From NCBI RefSeq assembly GCF_009914755.1, contig NC_060925.1: a stretch of DNA of 64,000 nt; one strand, 5' to 3'. This DNA is from the human T2T-CHM13v2.0 reference genome, Homo sapiens. Shown here one piece after another: positions 40,700 through 52,729 of this stretch (the first letter of the stretch is position 1; the number at the start of each line of letters is the position of its first letter). The notes below the pieces were generated by a model. That model was not told where the DNA came from and ran no database searches. It was given only the letters and a program-made list of their open reading frames with translations. Position numbers and translations under genes: made by a program.

Positions 40700-40810
40700 T
40701 TTCTGGAGCTTTTATATCTTCTTGCCTCAGGAATTAATAATCTTTACTTTAGTCACAAAGCGATAATATTATTTGAGAAAAACAATCCATCCATAAAAGT
40801 CTTATCTACA
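40700..40810 (-). promoter_or_regulatory. REG4: REG4 proximal promoter: TATA box, GATA and CDX motifs
   Basis: TATAAAA at 40716-40710 (-); CDX-type CCATAAAA at 40791-40798; GATA sites CTTATC at 40801-40806 and GATAA at 40762-40766. CDX2 and GATA factors are known REG4 activators. Confidence 0.75.
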
Positions 40811-42494
40811 GTGAAAAAAATGAATCATATAAGAGACGGCTTCAGAATGTACGTAAGGTGTGCTTTGACTAGCCAGGAAAAGAACCTCTCCCTGTGTGCA
40901 AACAGAATCTTTTCTTCACATCACGTTATTAAAACTGACAACATCCTGTAATCTGTTATAAGCCCATCTTCCTCTCCCCTTATGTTACTTTTTCATGGCT
41001 GTCTTTTTATGCCTTGGTATGGTGGATTTCCTTTATTTCTCTTTTATTTCTAGAAGGATTTTCTGTCAGGGTCAGGAATAGGTTATGACCCATGCGGTGA
41101 GACTTGAGACCCACACACAGATTTTCCTTCCTAAAGCACCGACTCCACTCCTTCAACATGCGTGAGTTTCCTCAGAGATCTACTATTTGAGCTTCTCCCG
41201 CAGAACATGGATGATCATGTCAAAATAGCTTACATCAACAGAGTGTGTTACAATAACGGGTTTTCAGTGAAGTCATCAAATAAGATGCCAACAAAATCCT
41301 TGTGAGCAGCATAGGACACATATCCCCATTACACACTCAAGAAACCCAACCTTAAGAGAGATTAGAAACCTTCCGAGGTTCACAACACTGGTCAGCAGTG
41401 GACCTGGACACTGAACCTTGTCCTTCTGACTCCAAATATAGGTGTTTGCCAAAATACAGTTCTACTGAAAAATAGGCTATTTGAAAAGAGTAACAAGATT
41501 TTCTTTTCCAGTATAGATGGCAAAGGGTTAGGTTGTAGGTGCCAGAGATGACTCAACTTTAAACTACAGATTTAAGTCTGTAAAGGACCTTTATGTCTGG
41601 AAACTTTAAGTCTGGAAGGGACCATAGTAGTTATCAAATCTTACTCTTTTGTTCTACTGGTGAGGAAATTGAGGCCTAGAGAAACATTGTGACTAGTTTA
41701 ATGCACAGACAGTTGTGGGTGAAGCTGATATCAGAAGCCAGCTTCCTTGCTCCCAGCTCACTGTTGTTTGGAAAATGCTACTCAACCTTTGTTATTAGAT
41801 TTTTGCATCAGTTGTGTAAATTCATGGTAGGACATGAGAAAGTAATGCTTTCATGGTTCACAAAGAACATTTTAAAGAATCTCTCCCATCAGAATGTTTG
41901 ACACAAACCTCTTTCTCTTTAGGCAGCTGGATGGGAATCATCATTGCTTCATGGCACAATGGCGTACAAAGATGTTAACTCCAAGCCTTTCAATTTCAGA
42001 AGTCCTGGTCCAGATGTAAGACAGAAAAGTTTTAACAAAATGGGTGATTAGATAGATCTCCTGTGTTTCCAGCAGCCATCCCAACCCTTAGTCTGCTATC
42101 CCCATGCCATTATCTAGATTTAAAGACTTGAGATGAGAGAGAAGAGAGTAGAACAGATTAGAAAACAAGATGTTCATAGGACTTTTAAGAGGTCTCTTAC
42201 TGAACCCTCACATTGACTAGCTCCAAATTAAGGCATTGATAGGACTCACATAAACCTTTGAGATGTAAGAATGTAAAGGACCAGAAAATTGTCTGAATCA
42301 AAAAGGTCCACTGAATAGTAAGTTTATTTAAAAAAAAAAAGTCTACATATAAACACCTCATACATGAAATGGTCAAAGTGAGAATCCTAAAAGCCCCAAA
42401 TCAGCAATGATCACCTTCAAAGTGACAAGGATGGGGATGGCACCATAATGGAGAGATAAAGTGGAAGCCAGGCAGCTTTCGAATAGTAGCTTTA

Positions 42495-42855
42495 TTTATT
42501 TATTTATTATTTTTAATTTCAATAGGTTTTTGGGGAACAGGTGGTGTTTGGTTACATGATAAGTTCTTTAGCGGTGATTTCTGAGATTTTGGGGCACCCA
42601 TCATCCAAGCGGTGTATACTATACCCAACGTGTAGCCTTTTATCTCCTGCCACCCCCCACCCTTTCGCCCGAGTCCCCAAAGTCCAGTGGATCGTTCTTG
42701 TGCCTTTGCATCCTCATAACTCCCACATATGACTGAAAACATCAGTGTTTGGTTTTCCATTCCTGAGTTACTTCACTTAGAATAATAGTCTCCAATTCCA
42801 TCCAGGTTGCTGTGAATGCCATTATTTCATTCCTTTTTATGGCTCGGTAGTATGG
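42495..42855 (-). mobile_element. L1PB-like 3' end
   Basis: ggtgtttggttacatga...ttcctgagttacttcacttagaataat; TSD TAGCTTTA. Confidence 0.8.
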
Positions 42856-43946
42856 AACACTAGCTTTAAAGTGCAAAGGAAAACAACTTTCAACCTGGAA
42901 TTCTGTACCCAGCTAACCAACCATTAAGGGTGAGTATGACAAAAAGATATGTTAAAGTTATGAGAACGTAGTAAGATTGCTATCCATAGACTCATTGAAA
43001 TTACTGCTTAAGCGTGTCCTTTGTCAAAAAATAAAATAATCCCAGAAGATGTGTTACAATAAAGAAATGTGTTGACTGTATTAGTTATAATAATGTTTAA
43101 AATAAAATTAATAGTAACTTTATTTCATTTTTAATATAAGTAGGAACAAAAATACCAGACAATAACAAATGAGATTAAAGAGAGTTAGGAATGAAGTTAA
43201 AATATTCTAAGATCTGATCATGATTAAATTGAGACTTCATTAGAAAATATTAATTTAAGTATATGTATTATCAGAGTACTTTTTTGATAATGCAAACTTG
43301 ATGTTGCTGCACTTATGATGAAATATTACAATTGAGCCCCACATTCACCAAGACTTTCAGTATAGCAGGAAAATCTTTCTGAGTCGTACACCTTCATATC
43401 ACTCTTGCCTCCAGCACTAATACTCCATCCAGTCAAATCTGTGCCCATCAACACCACATGTTGGTACTCCCTGGAACAACCCCATTCAAGGTCACACCTC
43501 CATGCCTTTTTTCATGTCATTCCTCTGCTTGCAATGCCCTTTTTCTCATTCCTTGTTTGGGTGTGTTTATTCATCTTTTAATTAGTTCATTCAATAAATA
43601 TTGAATGTGATTAAGTGCAAGAATCTGGGTATATGGGTGTAGGTGTGGTAGGGAAGGGGACAGGAGGTGATAAAAAGTTGAAGAACAGCCATCTGGTTTC
43701 TGTCCTGCAGGATCTTGCCACAATGACAGCTTGGTTTGGTTTACAGCATTGCTTTGGAGGCTTTTCCTTATTCTACTCTCTGACAGCAGAGATGCCTTCC
43801 ATTGTGCTCACATACCCCAGGCTCGGCACTTAAAGTCTCTATTTTCTGGTTGGCTACCTATATTTCACTAAGCTACTTCAGGTCAGGGATCACATCTCCT
43901 TCCTCTCTCTCACCTTATGTTCAGCAATTTTTAGTAGCGAAACTAA

Positions 43947-44468
<522 letters not shown>

Positions 44469-44711
44469 TAAGCCCACTTGAAACAATTAAACTTCATCTA
44501 TGTGGTGATTTAACTTGGCTTCCTAAAAGACTCCAAATGGAAACCTGTGCATTAGTACATCCCTATAGGTAGATAGTACATTTCTCAAAAGTGGCATGTG
44601 ATTAAACATGCTTAGATAAAAGTGAATATTCTGATAAAAAATTAAAATGTGATCTCTCTCCATAAGTCCACAGATATTCAGTAAGCTCTCATCAGTTTGT
44701 GACATGCTGGT

Positions 44712-44920
44712 ACAGCTGTCTAACAGAATTCCCTAAGATAATGGATGTATTCTAATCTGTGGTTTCAGTGAGGTAGTCACTAGCCACATATGGCTATCAA
44801 GCACTCAAAATACGATGACTAAGAATGTGGAATTGAATTGTGAGCTTCATTTAATTCCAATTAGTTAAACTTAAGTTTAAACAGCTATGTGTGGCTAGTG
44901 GCTACCATATTGTACAGCAC
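44712..44920. mobile_element. MER3/MER33-like hAT element
   Basis: cactagccacatatggcta...gtggctagtggctaccatattg. Confidence 0.7.
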
Positions 44921-45744
44921 AAACCAAGAAGATGGGGGCGAATATTTTTGTGGAAACAAGTTGATGTGGAAGAAAAGATGAATCGTTCCTGTTTGCAGGG
45001 AAGCTTAGAGACAGAGGGAAACTCGTGGAAGTAAGTTCTGAGTACTGAAGGAATTGTGGGGAGTTTGGGGGAAAGCTATAGAACTTGCATTTGAGCCAAA
45101 TGTAATTAGGTCACCAAGCAGGAGTGTCTCAGCTGACACCTAGGGTACATTTTAGAAAGAAATCTTTGTCCTTCTCTGCGATGTGATAGACTGAGTCTGG
45201 TGTTCTTTTGTCACATCTGCAGCACATTTTTCGTTCTCTTCTTTCCCTAGTTGAAGCTTGGATGCGATTCCTTTCCCTTCCTCTTCAAATGACTGATGAA
45301 CTTCATCCTGAGTCGAATAGTGGAGCTTCTCAGTATTTCTTCATTTGAGGTCGAGGGTAAATTGCCTATAGTTTCAGTCTGACAGCTACTCACTTAGGAC
45401 CCATTTTAACTAATGAACAGTTTCTGTTTTACTAGTAGTTGATAACTGTCAGAAGTTTTTTGAAAGGGTCGAAAGAAGAACCCCAGCCAGATGGGCAGCA
45501 GTGTGGAAAATATAGATTGAAATGGCGTTAGAAAGAGGTCAAAGAAGGTGTATTTTGGGGGAATGTAAAAAAATGAAGTCTGGTAGAAGGATTTGGGGAA
45601 GAACTGACATGACTATATAATATGGAGGTGAGTCTTGTAATTTTTTTCTAATCTTAAATCCTAAGAAACAGCATGAACTAATCATTATATTTAAAAAGAA
45701 GGAAAAAAGTACTGTGATTTTGTCCCTGCTTCCACAGGGTGCAG

Positions 45745-46045
45745 AGTTTTATGGCCTTGGACTTTGTCCCTTCATATTTGACAGCGATGTTGACCATGAT
45801 CACTGATACAAGCAAACCCTTAACATCTCCTGATATTGAAGCAAATCCTATCAGCAGGAGAAAGGAAATGAGTCACTGTGGAGGTGTCCATTAACTTTTA
45901 TAGCCAGTTTGAAAAAACTCTTGTCTTGAGAGCAGCAGGATTCATCCCCACTCACTCACCCCACAGTGGGAGACACGTGGCATGGAACTAACTCTCCTTC
46001 TCCACCACTTCATGAACAACCTATTATCTATTTTCATGATAAGCT
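45745..46045. promoter_or_regulatory. Candidate intestinal/endodermal enhancer ~5 kb upstream of REG4
   Basis: CDX TTTTATGGCC (45747-45756) abutting HNF4 DR1 TGGACTTTGTCCC (45758-45770); GGAAATGAGTCA ETS/NFAT-AP1 (45864-45875); second CDX TTTTATAGCC (45896-45905); GATA at 46024 and 46037. Confidence 0.6.
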
Positions 46046-47768
46046 CTCCAGCTAGAAAGCATCAGTTGATTTGCCCAAGAGGCACAATGGAAGTTCCACT
46101 ACCAAGATGTAAAATAAAAAGCTTTCATCTCTTAAGGTTTTCAACTCAAACTTAATTTCCTTCATGATTCCTGTCCTAAACCAGCCCCCTCCTCTATAAC
46201 ATTTCCCACAGTGTGTGGAAATTATTTGCTTATGGGCCTAATGTCCTCAATAAGGTATCTTTTCTCAAGAACAGAGATGTGACTTTTCATATTTGTCTAT
46301 ATGTCTGACACTTCAGTTGTGTTTAATAAGTGCTCACTAGACAAATCTCAGTGTATTGAAATCCCCAGGATAGCACTTGACACATAATAGGCCCACAATA
46401 CATGTTAGTTTCTTTACTCTATATTTTCTTCTAAAGATTTTCACAGACTAGGTTGAGCTTTTTATCTCAATAATTTATATACATTTTACAGATGCATATG
46501 TAGAGGTGTAAAAGGCTATTATAATAGCAGGCACTATAATTCTTTTTTAGGGGAATTGTCTTTGATAGGGAAAATACCTTGGTAAGTAAATTGGGGTGGG
46601 AAGTGAGACCCTAAGAATATTGATTAGGAAAATGCAAGGCAGTAAAACGTACTTAAATTGTTCTGCTTTTTAGCAATAAACTTGAAATTTAATGGAGGGG
46701 AGCAGGAAAAAAGGTGAAGAGAGGGAGAGAAAGGAGACAGCAGAGTAGTAAAGCACTGCAATGTGTTCCAAAGGGCTTTTAAAAACATGTCTGTCTAATA
46801 TTAAACTAAATTTTTGTTTACTCTTTTGTAAATTGTAAGCGTTCTAAATTCTGCTATGTTCACTGAGGCCTTGTAAGAGTGGAGATTTTGGGTTGCTTTG
46901 CTCTTATTTTTCTATTAGAATTTCAAAGTGTTGTGTTTATTAAAAAGCACAGTATTATATGTAGACCACAATTTCATTTTTGTAAAAAAAATAAGCTGTA
47001 TAAGTATTCACGGGTGTATTAATTTGTATGCATAGAAAAATATGCAAATCACACTGATCTGTGATTATTCTTGGTGAATGAGATGGGAGTGGAAAAAGAG
47101 AAGAACTTTGACTTTTTATGGAATTTTGTGTTGTTTGAAAATGCTCACTAGCATGTTTTATTTTGTAATTAGCCAAACAAATAAATACATGAAATAATCC
47201 CTTTTCCAGCCACCTCACTAGGCTGCTGGGAAGACCAGTTATGATAATCTATGTGAAAATTGTTGAAAACTGTAAAGTGCTCTGAAAACTCAGAAGTGCT
47301 ATAAACACACAAGGGATTATTTATGTCATTGAGCAAAATGACCCATGACTTTGGTTTCTCATTTCTTTATCATTAAAATAAGGGAGTTGGACTAGATGGT
47401 TTCTTAAACGCCTGCCAGGTTCACATTCTCTATGGTGTATCTCTGTTCCTTGCTTTTCAATCACCAAGCTCTCAAAATCTCATCCTCCTGCCTTATGGGC
47501 TTCCACAGCATGTCCTCAGGGCTCACCTGGTCTGTAGCCTTGGGCTTTGTGAGTCCCTGAAGATTATTTAGCCTGAGTTCAAGGAGGGCTGCTCTCCAGC
47601 ACTAAATGTACAGGAAGCCTGCCTGTTTGCTGACTTCATTCGGTTGCCATAAAGCTGGATTAGATATCTGTAAGCATCTTTAATGACCAGGATTATTTGA
47701 GAACTTGTCTGTACCTCTTCTGGCTTGGAAAAAGCTATTTAACCAGAAGACCATGGCCTGTGATTTTT

Positions 47769-49134
47769 TTTCTTTTCCTTTTTTTTTAAATTATACTTTA
47801 AGTTCTAGGGTACATGTGCACAACATGCAGGTTTGTTACATAGGTGTACATGTGCCATGTGGGTTTGCTGCACCCATCAACTCATCATTTACATTAGATA
47901 TTTCTCCTAATGCTATGCCTCCCCCAATCCCCTACCTCCTGACAGGTGTGTGATGTTCCCCGCCCTGTGTCCAAGTGATCTCATTGTTCAATTCCCACCT
48001 ATAAGTGAGAACATACGGTGTTCGGTTTTCTGTCCTTGTGATAGCTTGCTGGGAATGATGGTTTCCAGCTTCATCTATGTCCCTACAAAGGACATGAACT
48101 CATCCTTTTTTTTTTAAATTATACTTTAAGTTTTAGGGTACATGTGCACAACGTGCAGGTTTGTTACATATGTATACATGTGCCATGTTGGTGTGCTGCA
48201 CCCATTAACTCGTCATTTAACATTAGGTATATCTCCTAATGCTATCCCTCCCCGCTTCCCCCACCCCATGACAGGCCCCAGTGTGTGATGTTCCCCTTCC
48301 TGTGTCCATGTGTTCTCACTGTTCAATTCCCACCTACGAGTGAGAACATGCAGTGTTTGGTTTTTTGTCCTTGCAATAGTTTGCTGAGAATGATGGTTTC
48401 CAGCTTCATCCATGTCCCTACAAAGGACATGAACTCATCATTTCTTATGGCTGAATAGTATTCCATGGTGTATATGTGCCACATTTTCTTAATCCAGTCT
48501 ATCATTGTTGGACATTTGGGTTGGTTCCAAGTCTTTGCTATTGTGAATAGTGCTGCAATAAACATGCGTGTGCATGTGTCTTTATAGCAGCATGATTTAT
48601 AATCCTCTGGGTATATACCCAGTAATGGGATGGCTGGGTCAAATGGTATTTCTAGTTCTAAATCCCTGAGGAATCACCACACTGACTTCCACAATGGTTG
48701 AACTAGTTTACAGTCCCACCAACAGTGTAAAAGTGTTCCTATTTCTCCACATCCTCTCCAGCGTCTGTTGTTTCCTGACTTTTTAATGATTGCCATTCTA
48801 ACTGGCATGAGATGGTATCTCATTGTGGTTTTGATTTGCATTTCTCTGATGACCAGTGATGATGAGCATTTTTTCATGTGTCTGTTGGCTGCATAGATGT
48901 CTTCTTTTGAGAAGTGTCTGTTCATATCCTTTGCCCACTTTTTGATGGGGTTGTTTGTTTTTTTATTGTTAATTTGTTTGAGTTCTTTGTAGATTCTGGA
49001 TATTAGCCCTCTGTCAGATGGGCAGATTGCAAAAATTTTCTCCCATTCTGTAGGTCGCCTGTTCACTCTGATGGTAGTTTCTTTTGCTGTGCAGAAGCTC
49101 TTTAGTTTAATTAGATCCCATTTGTCTATCTTCA
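47769..49134 (-). mobile_element. Truncated L1PA composite with a duplicated 3' end
   Basis: Two tandem L1PA 3' UTR ends (ttatactttaagtt at ~47791 and ~48119), then the ORF2 C-terminus (ORF 48674..49066); outer TSD GCCTGTGATTTTT. Confidence 0.9.
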
Positions 49135-49809
49135 GCCTGTGATTTTTGGTTATTTGCTTTCTCTCATCTTTCTTTTTATTTCACTTTGGATTCTGATGGC
49201 TTCAAAATTTCCCCCTCCCTCCCTTCTTCTTCTCTTTCTCCCTGTCTTCCTTTCTTCTCCCCTGGTCCTTTAAGTCATTTTCTTTCTATTATGTATCCAC
49301 TTGTTTCTTATCTGTTGTGTTTTACCATATCACCTCCTCTAAATGACTAGGTGAAAATACAGATTCCTTTATTACCAAATTCCTTGTTTCATTTTGTATT
49401 TTATGAAGATTTTTGTGATAGCATTATTTTATTTGGTTTAATTTATATAGAATAAAATGCACACATCTTAAATATTAAACTAGAAGGATTTTGACATATC
49501 TATACACTTGTGTAACATTAATTCAGATCAAGATAGAGAACAGTTTCATCACCTTGGAAAATTCCTCCTGCCCTTTCCCAGTCAGTCTTCCCACCAATGA
49601 TACAACTATTCTTACTTCTTTCACCATAGATTAATTTTGCCTTTTTGTCAATTTCATATGAATGAAATCATATAATACATACTCTTTCATATCTGGATTT
49701 TTTCACTCAACATAATGCCTCTGTAATTCATCTACATTGTTGCCGGTATTAATAGTTTGGATTTTTTTATATTGCTAAGTACTATTTCATTATATGAATG
49801 TGGCACAGG

Positions 49810-49813
<4 letters not shown>

Positions 49814-49848
<35 letters not shown>
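49814..49848. repeat. (ATT)n microsatellite within an old L1M
   Basis: About 11 ATT units. Confidence 0.9.
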
Positions 49849-49850
<2 letters not shown>

Positions 49851-49913
49851 TTCTTGGTTGACGGGCATTTTGGCTATTTCTGGTTTTGGCCTAAAGTTTC
49901 TATGAATATTCTT

Positions 49914-52413
49914 TTTTTTCTTTATTTCTTCTTAAAAAAAAAAAAGGGACGCATGTGCCGAACATGCAGGTTTGTTCCATAGGTATACATGTGCCATGGT
50001 GGTTTGCTGCACCTATTGACCTGTCCTCTAAGTTCCCTCCCCTCTACTCCTATCCCCCAACAGCCCCTGGTGTGTGTTGTTGCCCTTTCTGTGTGTTTTG
50101 GTTACTGTAGCCTTGTAGTATAGTTTGAAGTCTGGTAGCGCGATGCCTCCAGCTTTGTTCTTTTTGCTTAGGATTGTCTTGGCTATACAGGGTCTTCTTT
50201 GATTCCATATTAAATTTAAAATAGTTTTTTCTAATTCTATGAAGAATGTCAATAGTACTTTGATGGGAATAGCACTGAATCTATAAATTACTTTGGGCAG
50301 TATGGCCATTTTCATGATACTGATTCTTCCTATCCATGAGGATGGAATGTTTTTCCATTTGTTTGTGTTCTCTCTTATTTCCTTCAGCAGTGGTTTGTAG
50401 TTCCCCTTGAAGAGGTCCTTCACATCCCTTGTTAGCTGTATTCCTAGGTATTTTATTCTCTTTGTAGCAATTGTGAATGGGAGTTCATTCATGACTTGGC
50501 TCTCTGCTTGCCTATTGTTGGTGTAAAGGAATGGTTGTGATTTTTGCACATTGATTTTGTATCCTGAGACTTTGCTGAAGTTGCTTATCAGTTCAAGAAG
50601 TTTTTGGGCTGAGCTGATGGGGTTTTCTAAATAAAAAATCATATCATCTGTGAACAGAGACAACTTGAAGTCCTCTCTTCCTATCTGAATACCCTTTATT
50701 TCTTTCTCTTGACTGATTTCCCTGGCCAGAACTTCTAATACTATGTTGAGTAGGAGTGGTGAAAGAGGGTATCCTTGTCTTGTACCGCTTTTCAAAAGGA
50801 ATGCTTCCAGCTTTTGCTTATTCATTATGATATTGGCTATGGGTTTGTCATAATAGCTCTTATTATTTTGAGATATGTTCCATCAATACCTAGTTTATTG
50901 AGAGTTTTTAACATGAAGGGGTGTTGAATTTTATTAAACGCCTTTTATGCATTTATTGAGATAATCATGTGGTTTTTGTCTTTGGTTCTGTTTGTGTGAT
51001 GGATTGTGTTTATTGATTTGCATATGTTGAGCCAGCCTTGCATCCCAGGGGTGAAGCTGACTTATCTTTCAATAGTCAGGTCCCTCTTCTGTAGGGCATC
51101 TGCAGTTTGCTAAGGGTTCACTTCAGGCCATATTCATCTGTTTTTCTCCCATGCCTAGGGATGTCACTCAAGGAGCCTGGAGAACAGCAAAGATGGGTGC
51201 TTGCTCCTTCTTCTGGGACCTCTGACCTCGAGGGGCACCAACCTGATGCTACTAGGATCGTTCCTGCATAGGATGTCTGACATCCCTTGTTAGAAGGTCT
51301 CACCCAGTTGGGTGGCATGGGGAGCAAGACCCCTTTAACAAAGCACTTTGTCCTTTGGTGGAGAGGGTGTGCTTTGCTGCAGGGAATCCCACTTGTCTGG
51401 GCTGCCTGGATTCCTCAGAACTACCAGGAGGAGAGGCAAGTCTGCTGGTCTGCAGAGACTGCGTCCACCCCTCCCGCTAGGGGCTCAGGCCCAGGGAGAT
51501 CCGAATTCTGTCCCTGAGCCTCTGGTTGGAGTTATTGGAGATCGTGCATGGAAGCCCCACCCAATGAGGAAGGATGGGTCAGGTTTAGGCCTGAAGAGGC
51601 ACTCTGGCCACAGACTGCCACAGCCGGTTGGGCTGTGGGGACAAGTCTTGGGACCAAGCTGTCCAGCCTCCCTGGCTCCAGCAGGGGAAAAGCCCAGCCT
51701 GGAGCTATAGAAATGGGTGCTGCCCTTCCCCTGCCCAGGGAGCTTAGCATGTTAGGCAGTTGCTAGTCCCAGTGCTGGCTGCTTCCCCTTCCCCAAAGAG
51801 CTCAAACGGCTTAGACAGCAGGCAGCTGCAGCAGGTGCTGGTCACCCCTCTCCCTGGGAGTTCAGTACACTTAAGCAGATTCCAGCTGAGGGGCCATAAG
51901 AATCTGCACATTCTGGAGTTGGGACGCAAGGCCCCAGTGGTGTGGGTTTTTGAGAGGGATCTTCCAATCTGTGGGTTGCCCAGTTCTGTGGAAAAAGCAG
52001 TTTCCCCAGCTGGGTAGCACGTTCACTCACCACCTCCCTTGGCTTGGTGGAGAGGGTTTCCCTTTCCCGTGTGGCTCTCAAGTGGGCCATCCACCACACT
52101 ACTTTTTCTCTCTGTGAGTCATGCCAGCCTTCTAGTCAATTCTGATGAGAGAACCTGGATACCTTGGTTGCCAGTGAAGGATTCACACGGTTATTATGGG
52201 TTTTTTGATGGGAGTCTCTGATCACTGCTACTTCTATTCAGCCGTCTTGGCCCCACCACCCTGTGTCTGAAATCTATAGCTGAAATGGATTTATGGAGCC
52301 AAACTAAATATAAAAGTAGAAGCAGCAGCAAGAAGAGCTGTGTAGGCACTCCTGGTCCTCAGCTTGAGCACAGGGAAGCCATTCCTGGCTTTATCTCATG
52401 GAGGTCCTTGGGG
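49914..52413 (-). mobile_element. L1PA with 5'UTR, a ~1-kb RT fragment and 3' end, plus two large internal deletions
   Basis: 5'UTR ~52255-51063; ORF2 RT piece (ORF 50028..50825: [17 protein letters not shown]); 3' end 50093-49914; TSD TATGAATATTCTT. Confidence 0.9.
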
Positions 52414-52729
52414 TATGAATATTCTTATACAAGCCTTTTGGTGGACATGTGTTTTAACTTCATGCAAGGAGTGGGATTTTTGTGTCATGTGATAGGTGTA
52501 TATTTAAGCTTATTAGAAACTGACAAGCTGTCTTTCAGGGCTTTTGAATCATTTTACATTCCCACCAGCAATGCTTGAGAGTTCCAAGTGCTCCACATCC
52601 TCAGTAATTGTTAGTAATTGTTAATCTGGCATTGTTAGTATTTTAATACTTTTTGTCTTAATTCAAAAAGTGAGAAATTTATTTTTTGTGCTATAACTTA
52701 ACACAAAGTAAGGGACTAAAAACTGCCCA

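Noticed and set aside
50028-50825. Longest ORF (265 aa), reverse-transcriptase-like
   Set aside because: It is a fragment of L1 ORF2 inside a deleted L1PA, not a host gene or novel RT system.
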